Shown here piece by piece: positions 23,867 to 30,896 of a stretch of DNA of 30,896 bases. Numbering within the stretch: the first letter of the stretch is position 1; each line of letters starts with the position of its first letter. The position numbers and the translations under genes are program-made. Origin of the DNA: a virus. The stretch covers positions 90,296 through 121,191 of IMG/VR virus record IMGVR_UViG_3300001847_000838, one strand, 5' to 3'. The notes below the pieces were generated by a model. It ran no database searches, was not told the DNA's origin, and was given only the letters and a program-made list of their open reading frames with translations.

Positions 23867-24826
23867 TTATGTGCTTCCTACGAGCAGCTCTATATTAACG
23901 TGTCCTGTCCAATAGATCACGTCAGTTGTACCAGCCTTTACAGTAAGATTTAAGTCTGTTGCAGTAAGGCTGTAACCTACATCAAGATTGTTATCGTTCT
24001 TGATTGTTTGGTCAGATAGCCAAGTTCCTTGAGATTGAACATTACTAAGTTGTCTATAAAATAAGCCAGTTCTTTTAAAAGTACATCTTTTAGTTCCATC
24101 ATCAGATCTTCCAACAACAATGTATTCTACTCTTACAACGCATGGGTTAGGTAAAGTTATAGAGTAAGCTATCTGTGAAGTTAATGAGTCAGTATATAAT
24201 GCAAAGGTTTCTTGACGAAGCCCGGTGCCAGGATAGCCCATGTGGCTTTTTTGATGAAAATGAGCTATAGGAATATCAACATCTGGTCCTAGCCCAAACC
24301 TTCCTTGCTTATCTATTTTAGCAACTCTAACATTGTTGGTGCGAATATTAAGATCTTTAGCATCAACGGTTCCTAAAAACTGCAGGTTATCATCTATTCC
24401 TGCATTTCCGTCTAATGCCCAAAAATTCTTTTCAATCATAGAAACCGCTTCAGTTACTACATACAAGATGCCAACTGTAGCATCTTGTTTCATAACTTGG
24501 GCTACTATACCTCCGTTAATTGTAGTAGATAAGTTTCCATTTGCGTCACTATAAAGATAGCTACCAACTGTCCAAAGTGAAGTGTCTACATCAACCATAA
24601 AACCAAACGCACAAACCATACCGGTTTTTCCATTGGCTATAGTGTCATAAGTTACTCCAAAATTGGGATGCAAAGATGGATTGGCAAGCTCTACTTGAGG
24701 ATAAGCAGTTCCCTGAGAAGTTAGCCTTACAGCCTTCATGGCTAATATTATACTTCCGGTATTGTTCTCCACCACCTCATTTGTTGGGCTGTGAAGGTCT
24801 CTTCCTTTGAGCCTTGAATGAAGCAT
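23867..24826 (-). CDS. Virion structural protein (319 aa); C-terminal domain homologous to that of the 862-aa protein
   Basis: N-terminal capsid-fibre/decoration-like segment (G.V...G....VDTS.W..G..LY); W.L.GN......FLGT.D..DL.IRTNN motif. Confidence 0.7.
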   Translation of the reverse strand: MLHSRLKGRDLHSPTNEVVENNTGSIILAMKAVRLTSQGTAYPQVELANPSLHPNFGVTYDTIANGKTGMVCAFGFMVDVDTSLWTVGSYLYSDANGNLSTTINGGIVAQVMKQDATVGILYVVTEAVSMIEKNFWALDGNAGIDDNLQFLGTVDAKDLNIRTNNVRVAKIDKQGRFGLGPDVDIPIAHFHQKSHMGYPGTGLRQETFALYTDSLTSQIAYSITLPNPCVVRVEYIVVGRSDDGTKRCTFKRTGLFYRQLSNVQSQGTWLSDQTIKNDNNLDVGYSLTATDLNLTVKAGTTDVIYWTGHVNIELLVGST

Positions 24827-25044
24827 TAGATGGTCACCACGTTTCCATTATTATCTATAACTACCCTAGGTCCATCTTCTAAAAAAACTCCATAAGCTGG
24901 ATCCCAGGTATGAAAAATATGTCCAGCAGAATTTCTTTGTGCGGTTACTATTCTGTCTGAATTAAAGTTTCTTACAACATCCAATTGTCCAGTTATAGGA
25001 TTAAGAACCAACTCTTCTTTATCGCGCGGACTATTATTACTCAT
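24826..25044 (-). CDS. 72-aa protein with NPITGQLDVV motif (putative adaptor)
   Basis: Start and stop overlap both neighbours; motif shared with the N-terminus of the 731-aa protein. Confidence 0.75.
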   Translation of the reverse strand: MSNNSPRDKEELVLNPITGQLDVVRNFNSDRIVTAQRNSAGHIFHTWDPAYGVFLEDGPRVVIDNNGNVVTI

Positions 25045-25625
25045 GATGTCCTCTTATATTTTATTGCGGATTTTGCTGCGTCATAAGTTACTTCTATCAC
25101 GCCCACAGGTAATGAGTTTTTAAAGAAGTTATAGGATAAGGGATCTTCTGAAGCATCTCTAATAATTGTTACTTCATCAAAGTCCGCAGGTGCTAAACCT
25201 ACAGCATTAACTATCTCAACAGGTATAGGATTATCTTTGCTATAATGTTCGCCGGTATCGTCAACAGCTATAACTCGCTTTGCAAGTATAGGTTCTTCTT
25301 CATAAGAAGCTCTATTTATGTGCTCTAAAGTTATACCGGGTCTAGGCTGTTTAGGTGCAGAAACCGCTGCATTATCTAATATTTTGTATGCAGATACATT
25401 GATGCGGGCGTCTATATTTTCACCTTTTTTTCCTACATAAAAAGATGTAGAAGATTCAAAACGCTTTATTTCGACTTGTAAAGGAGGTTGGGTGTCAGAC
25501 GTAAGAATGACAATTTGTTTAACAAAGAAACCACGCACATCTTCTACTTGCACGAGGCCGTAAGAAGATCCGTCGACGATGAAAGCACGCGGCTTCACCT
25601 CTATCAGGTGTCTTTCAAACCACAT
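25041..25625 (-). CDS. Virion-associated protein (194 aa); C-terminal module shared with the 1361-aa fibre
   Basis: First gene of the fibre cluster; AAGGA SD. Confidence 0.75.
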   Translation of the reverse strand: MWFERHLIEVKPRAFIVDGSSYGLVQVEDVRGFFVKQIVILTSDTQPPLQVEIKRFESSTSFYVGKKGENIDARINVSAYKILDNAAVSAPKQPRPGITLEHINRASYEEEPILAKRVIAVDDTGEHYSKDNPIPVEIVNAVGLAPADFDEVTIIRDASEDPLSYNFFKNSLPVGVIEVTYDAAKSAIKYKRTS

Positions 25626-25727
25626 TGTCCTTTTCCTTACCTACGACTTAAGCCATCTCAAGAAGGTAGAGCCATCTCTACATGTTCAAGATTATCGTTC
25701 CTTTATAAGATATCATATTTATTAATG

Positions 25728-25761
25728 AAAAATAAAAACCCCAGCATTTACGCTGGGGTTT
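25728..25761 (-). terminator. Intrinsic terminator after the tail tube gene
   Basis: AAACCCCAGC-N6-GCTGGGGTTT stem with a minus-strand U-tract. Confidence 0.85.
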
Positions 25762-25786
25762 ATATTAAATAACAAGAAATAGAGAA

Positions 25787-26233
25787 CTAAGGTAGGCTTA
25801 CTGCGCCAGCCTCTTCTTGATCGCCACTTTCGTCAGAAACTTTAAGTCCAACATAGCTAATACTAATACGGGTAGTAGCTCGTGCGCTTGGAGCTGAATT
25901 GTAGCTTGTAGGAATACATCCAATAGCAGTCATAATAAGTTCGCCACTTTGACGGTCTCTAATAGAGATAGTTACCGAACCAAGATTTAAAATATCTTGA
26001 AGTTTAGGAAATTTAGGCAAAGTGTGAACACCGTTGCCAACTACCCTAAAACCTGCACAGCTTATATTGACTGCTTCATAGCTTGTTGGGGTAATTTCGG
26101 CAGGACCAAAACGACCAAGAATATGAATAGGCTCTACACCTATATTTGCACCATAGCTGCAGTTTTCAAAAACACCAACAACTTGGTTGTCTACGCTGAT
26201 GACTGCCCGGCCACCGGTTAAGACTTTAGACAT
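25787..26233 (-). CDS. Tail tube protein
   Basis: 148 aa directly after the sheath gene; G.EPIHILGR..P.E..PT.Y and I.IRDRQSG......GC motifs typical of myovirus tube proteins. Confidence 0.8.
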   Translation of the reverse strand: MSKVLTGGRAVISVDNQVVGVFENCSYGANIGVEPIHILGRFGPAEITPTSYEAVNISCAGFRVVGNGVHTLPKFPKLQDILNLGSVTISIRDRQSGELIMTAIGCIPTSYNSAPSARATTRISISYVGLKVSDESGDQEEAGAVSLP

Positions 26234-26252
26234 ATTTAACTCCTTTAATCAG

Positions 26253-28403
26253 TTACTGGTTTGCTGCCGACTGAACTTGAGAAATGCTCAATTCAATTGG
26301 AATAAAGTAAATTGTGGTGCTTAGTTTGATTTCAAGGCTAACAGACATAGTTGGCCCTGAAATTGATACCTTAGCATTTCTATATCCAAGAGGCGCTTGA
26401 TCGTCAGCAGTAATAGCTTTTACTCTGCGATATTCATCCATCTTGGAAGCAATAAATGCCAATGCTGTAGCGGAATCTACGTCTGCAAGCGATTGACCTA
26501 CAAAAGCCCTCTGAAGAGCATCCGATAGATCAAGAGCTACTATATCCGCCAAATAAACGGCTTGCATGCTATTGTATACAAAATTGGTATCAAAACCATA
26601 AGTAGTTTGATCAGAAACCCATTTAACGCCAGCAGTATCATTTTGAAGAATAAGAAGCCCGCCAAGAAGAGCATCTTCTACATCTCCAGGGTTGCCGGAA
26701 TCAAAACCTGAAGGATCCTCAAAGCTGATTATGTTAGCAAGCTTATTTGTGATTCCTTTATAAAATCCAGCAGCTTGCATACCAGCAGCTACGCAAGCTG
26801 CGTACCAAGGAAGATATTTTTGTATTACACCTTGGCTATCAATTTGACTAACTTTTTGAAATGCCATGTTCATGCGGTAATTGGCTGCAATTTGAGCTTT
26901 AGCCTTAGAATTAGCATAACTTCCAAAATATGATAAGACAGCTATACGATTACGTTTTAGCTTAGGGGTGCTCATCTTTAAGCAATGATTTTTTACTGCA
27001 GCGTGAATAGCATCAATAGTATATGTCGATAAAGAATCGGTAAGACCATCAGCAAGATCGCTGCTTGCATCTCTACTAAACAATGGAACAACAAAGTTTG
27101 CTTGCAATGCCTCTAAAGCAGCAAGAGCATCTACGATATCAGCTGCAAGAGTAGCCCCCTTAGCTCCATTAGACAAAAATTCATAAGAAGACATTGGAGA
27201 AGGAAGGCCAGAAGAAGCTTGTTCAACCCACTCTACAGCAGAGCTATTAGCTATTGCATCTTCCCAATTTGACAAAGATCGCTTCACTCTACCCGGCATT
27301 AAGCTGGATCCACTTGAGCAAATTCCAATAGAGGATACATTATCAAGTTTGTTTGGATTAGATTGTTGAGAAGCAACAGGAACAGCTGCTGTGTATCCTG
27401 GTTTTGAAGAAATAAAATCAGCAAGATCCTTTAGAGTAGCATATGAAGACATATCAATGCTTAAAGCCGAACCAGATCCACCTACAACGACTGTTGATAG
27501 GCTATTGCCTGAAATAGTCATTGTTGCAGTAGTTCCAGCATATCCAATCTCTAAAGCAATATCTCCAGAAGCTTCTAAAGTTTCATTTAAACCAATATCG
27601 CTTCGAATAACGGACATCTCTACTGCAGACTCTGCACCAGAAATAGAAAGACCCTCAGCAAGACCTAAGGCTGCTAAATCCCCCAAATTAAGTTCAATAA
27701 TTTCAAAACTTTTTGCCCAACCTTTGCGATAATTCGCAGGATCAGCAGAAAGAAAAAGCTTAAGAGAGTTTGCTGCTGTACCAGCAATAGCAGAAATACC
27801 TGCGGGAAGTTCAGAGTTAAGCTCAGTAATTAAATCGTTAATATTTCCATGATCTCCAGCAATTCCGCTCAAAGTAACAACGGCAGATGCACCGCCATTA
27901 ATTCTAACCGCAAATGTCTTGTTGTTAAGAGCTGCACCAAAAGAAGAGATAGTAGAACCACTATAAGAAGGAGCTTCTTCTGCTTGACTAGCGATAATTT
28001 TATACTTAATTTTGTTACCTTCGACTCCAAAATTTTTAGCTTTTAAACTTCCATAGTCGGTATCTACAATAGCAGAAGCTTTTGTTCCAGAATTGGTTTT
28101 TAAAATTAAAATGTTTGTAGCAGAACCCACAATATTTGCATCTGCCGATGGAGAGCTAAGCGCTTGCATAGCATCTACAATAGGTCCAGAAACATACTTT
28201 TTAATAACTTTATCGGCTTGATCTGGAGAAAAAAAGTTGCTTTTTAGATCTTCATCTCCAAAAGCCGCTCCTCCAGCTGCTTCGCCTATAATAGCTACTA
28301 CGCCTGTATTTCCTATTCCAACAGGAATAGATTTAACGCTAACGCTTGGATAAGCGCCAGGAATTACGGTGTTAATGAACGAAGTGGTCAGTCTCTGTGC
28401 CAT
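26253..28403 (-). CDS. Tail sheath protein (contractile tail)
   Basis: 716 aa; N-terminal PGAY...VAIIGEA.GG; C-terminal sheath domain (D.TTY, FVGQ, TIYFIPIEL.I). Confidence 0.9.
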   Translation of the reverse strand: MAQRLTTSFINTVIPGAYPSVSVKSIPVGIGNTGVVAIIGEAAGGAAFGDEDLKSNFFSPDQADKVIKKYVSGPIVDAMQALSSPSADANIVGSATNILILKTNSGTKASAIVDTDYGSLKAKNFGVEGNKIKYKIIASQAEEAPSYSGSTISSFGAALNNKTFAVRINGGASAVVTLSGIAGDHGNINDLITELNSELPAGISAIAGTAANSLKLFLSADPANYRKGWAKSFEIIELNLGDLAALGLAEGLSISGAESAVEMSVIRSDIGLNETLEASGDIALEIGYAGTTATMTISGNSLSTVVVGGSGSALSIDMSSYATLKDLADFISSKPGYTAAVPVASQQSNPNKLDNVSSIGICSSGSSLMPGRVKRSLSNWEDAIANSSAVEWVEQASSGLPSPMSSYEFLSNGAKGATLAADIVDALAALEALQANFVVPLFSRDASSDLADGLTDSLSTYTIDAIHAAVKNHCLKMSTPKLKRNRIAVLSYFGSYANSKAKAQIAANYRMNMAFQKVSQIDSQGVIQKYLPWYAACVAAGMQAAGFYKGITNKLANIISFEDPSGFDSGNPGDVEDALLGGLLILQNDTAGVKWVSDQTTYGFDTNFVYNSMQAVYLADIVALDLSDALQRAFVGQSLADVDSATALAFIASKMDEYRRVKAITADDQAPLGYRNAKVSISGPTMSVSLEIKLSTTIYFIPIELSISQVQSAANQ

Positions 28404-28414
28404 TGCCTACTCCC

Positions 28415-28684
28415 TTATTTCCTCAATCCAAAATGTTCTATACCTTTTCCAAAAAGTTCTGGTTTATCACAACCGATGCTTTTTAGATGAGCCCAAAGTA
28501 CATCTTCTAGCTCTTTAGGCCTATCATATTTTCGACGCTCCGAAGCCCACCAAGCGCAGAAAATCTCTTTTGCTTTATAATCACCATACCTACCCGTAGG
28601 GGTGGGTACTTGTCGAGACTCTTCAAGTTTCTCTTTGATCTCAACTTCTCGCGGTTTATTGTCAGGGTTCTTTTTTCGACCCAT
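28415..28684 (-). CDS. Hypothetical protein preceding the sheath gene
   Basis: Likely start MGRKK at 28684 (TAATG overlap); track gives 28696. Confidence 0.7.
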   Translation of the reverse strand: MGRKKNPDNKPREVEIKEKLEESRQVPTPTGRYGDYKAKEIFCAWWASERRKYDRPKELEDVLWAHLKSIGCDKPELFGKGIEHFGLRK

Positions 28685-29112
28685 TACTTTTTCCATTTCT
28701 CAGGCTTTACACCAGCAGCTACGCATACAGCATGTGGATCCTTAACGTCGGGGCTCTTTTCTTTTACTTTGCGAGTGCAACGATCGTGTTTTGATTCCTC
28801 TTCAGATTTTTTTAATCTTTTTTTGCTTTTATAATCTATAAACTTATTAAGAGGTTTTTGATGCAAAGAAGACATATTAGGATGACCAAAATCTTTTTGC
28901 TTAGGAATTATTTTTTCTTGAGCTGTAGGGATTTTTTGGTGTGGAATCTTTAAGTCTGCCATCTCAGCTGCACTTTGGCTTTGAGGCGCGGCTTTTTTAA
29001 GAGTTTCTTCCTTAGCCTTGCTATTTTTTTCAAGGCGCTCTTTAGCCATCTGCTTAACTTTTTCAAGGACTCCAAGAGCCGCTTCTTTGGGCGTATATTC
29101 TTTCTTTTCCAC
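28684..29112 (-). CDS. Lys-rich putative internal virion protein
   Basis: Repeated L-x-K motifs; C-terminal DRC...VK......PHAVC; AGGAG SD with GTG start. Confidence 0.65.
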   Translation of the reverse strand: MEKKEYTPKEAALGVLEKVKQMAKERLEKNSKAKEETLKKAAPQSQSAAEMADLKIPHQKIPTAQEKIIPKQKDFGHPNMSSLHQKPLNKFIDYKSKKRLKKSEEESKHDRCTRKVKEKSPDVKDPHAVCVAAGVKPEKWKK

Positions 29113-29174
29113 AGTTTCGTCTCCTAACGAACTAAAGATTATTGTCCTTATTAAAATCCTTTAAAATCAAAAGC

Positions 29175-29873
29175 TTATTTTTTGTTCTTAGATGATTTTA
29201 AGATTCCTGTTGCCCCTAAAGTTTTATCTATTTCTTTTTTATGATCTTTAGACTTTCCAAAAGGATACCCAATTCTAGCATTAATCGTTTGGCCTCCTGG
29301 TGGAGAAGCTGAAGGCACTGAAGGTGGCGGTGGCGATGGGGGTAAAGGTGCGCTTGCAGCAGGCCCTCCCCCAAATGGGTACCCAATTTTAGCATTAATT
29401 GTACCGTCAGTTTTTGACATTTCACGCTTTTCGGACATGCGAACCATAAATTTTTGAAGTGGCCGAGGCATTTTAGGTATTTTGTTTCCACCCTTAAAAC
29501 CATCCGAAGGAGCCCCAGCTCCTGCTGGCGTTATAGGGGGGTGCAAATTAGAACTTGAAGCGGGCATTTTAGGCATTTTTATCTGTTTAGGTCGTTGCCC
29601 AAGTTTAGCTTCGGCATTAAGCTGTTTTTGGCTATGCATTTCAGAGAGAGCTTGTTGATGTACATCTTTATTTAGTACTGACTCTGAAGCAGCTGGAATA
29701 TGACTCTCAGGAAGTTTTTGATTTCCAGGAATCTTCATGTTATGAACAGCATGCTCTAAAGCATGAGGCTTAGTTATAGAAACTTTTCCTTGCTGAAAAG
29801 CTTTCATGATTGCTTTGTGTAGAGCTTTTTTGATGTCATCTCTCATAAAGTTAAGATTGCCTCTCTCACTCAT
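29175..29873 (-). CDS. Pro/Lys-rich low-complexity putative internal virion protein
   Basis: Two TINA(K/R)IGYPFG repeats flanking a poly-Pro linker; L-x-K motifs. Confidence 0.65.
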   Translation of the reverse strand: MSERGNLNFMRDDIKKALHKAIMKAFQQGKVSITKPHALEHAVHNMKIPGNQKLPESHIPAASESVLNKDVHQQALSEMHSQKQLNAEAKLGQRPKQIKMPKMPASSSNLHPPITPAGAGAPSDGFKGGNKIPKMPRPLQKFMVRMSEKREMSKTDGTINAKIGYPFGGGPAASAPLPPSPPPPSVPSASPPGGQTINARIGYPFGKSKDHKKEIDKTLGATGILKSSKNKK

Positions 29874-30867
29874 CTACGGTTAGCCAAGGCTCATCTTCAT
29901 CGTCTAAAAAAGATGGTGCATTTTGGCTTAAAATGCGTATTCCCCCTTTAAAACCTTCATTTTCTAAATTTTCATTAAGATTATCAATTATTTGTACGTT
30001 TTCTATTACTCTACGGGGCGTTTTAAGCCAAGTGTTTTCTACTTGACCAGACAAAGTTATAAACCTAGAGTAAACGTTTTCTCCGCCAGGAACTCCCCAA
30101 TCATTATTTGGCATCAAATCAGAACTTGATATAGAAGATTCCGCAAAAGATCTAGCCTCAAGAAGTCCTTCTCTATATCTTAAAAGAATGTGAACTATAA
30201 ATGCATGAAGCCACATCAAAATAGATGGATCCCCATGAACATGACAACCTATATGATATGTTTCTCTAAAAAAACTATGCTCTCTTCGCACTCTATAAAT
30301 TTGATATTTTGGAACAACAGCTAATCTGGATGCAGATATCTGCATGCCTGCCTCTATAGCAATACCATTTTTGCCGCTTCTACCTAATACTACGTAACCT
30401 TGACCGTTATCTGGATTAACTAAAATCATATCTTTAGACACAAGCGTGCTATTGATTTCATTTGGAAGAATCACTATACCAGTATCTTGGTCATAAGATA
30501 TTGGAATAAACGGTTTTAATATATAAGGTATGGGTTTACCAATTTTGTTTGGCATAAGTTCAATTACTTCTGAAGAAAGATCTCCCATACTTTTTTCTTC
30601 GATTATTTCGCTTGAGGATCCTAAGCCTATAGTGACACACGGAAGCTCATCTTTATCTCCAGGTCGACTTTGAAGATTAATTGATATTTTATTATTTGCA
30701 AGCCACTGTTTAGCTTTATCTATCTCTGATTGACCATATTTTTTTTGTAAAGCAGGCTCATCAACCATTTGACTAAGAATATCATCAACAAGCCAAAGGT
30801 TTTTGCGCATATCATCTAAACCTTGTTCTATGGCTGTTTTTATTATAACATCACCAGAAAATATCAC
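29866..30867 (-). CDS. Putative tail completion/neck protein
   Basis: 333 aa upstream of the sheath; LPCVTIGL..SSE and VYSRFITLSG strands resemble tail-terminator-type folds; GAGG SD. Function is inferred. Confidence 0.55.
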   Translation of the reverse strand: MIFSGDVIIKTAIEQGLDDMRKNLWLVDDILSQMVDEPALQKKYGQSEIDKAKQWLANNKISINLQSRPGDKDELPCVTIGLGSSSEIIEEKSMGDLSSEVIELMPNKIGKPIPYILKPFIPISYDQDTGIVILPNEINSTLVSKDMILVNPDNGQGYVVLGRSGKNGIAIEAGMQISASRLAVVPKYQIYRVRREHSFFRETYHIGCHVHGDPSILMWLHAFIVHILLRYREGLLEARSFAESSISSSDLMPNNDWGVPGGENVYSRFITLSGQVENTWLKTPRRVIENVQIIDNLNENLENEGFKGGIRILSQNAPSFLDDEDEPWLTVDE

Positions 30868-30896
30868 TTAAACCTCTTTAAGATCTCAGGAAGAAT

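Noticed and set aside
11022-29503. Antisense or alternate-frame ORFs inside fibre, tube and sheath genes
   Set aside because: Expected by-products of codon bias in T/S/G/A-rich genes.
1-30896. Stop-codon reassignment (alternative genetic code)
   Set aside because: TAA, TAG and TGA all end genes at sensible boundaries, and long genes are intact in code 11.

Overview
AT-rich fragment of a large tailed (contractile-tail, myovirus-like) bacteriophage genome, read almost entirely on the minus strand in the standard genetic code. The right end (25.8-30.9 kb) encodes a tail-completion-like protein, two Lys/Pro-rich putative internal head proteins, the tail sheath and the tail tube. The middle (10.7-25.6 kb) is a 15-kb run of fibre/appendage-like structural genes. 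8.9-10.6 kb is a plus-strand membrane/lysis-like cassette. The left end (1-8.7 kb) holds putative tail assembly chaperones, an SLT transglycosylase, a Pth2 + tRNA-Ile(UAU) unit, a CoaD-like nucleotidyltransferase and many small early genes behind six sigma70-type promoters. The most striking unexplained structure is in the fibre cluster: three C-terminal modules each recur twice, and each time the next fibre gene begins with the same cognate N-terminal module. This suggests a genetically collinear plug-and-socket system for chaining proteins into a long appendage, including tiny adaptor-only proteins. Two candidate structured ncRNAs (466-672, 5043-5150), a 62-bp promoter-bearing direct repeat flanking one gene, and a candidate late-promoter motif (TAATCTT) were also found. 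All family assignments come from motif recognition by eye; no database searches were run.
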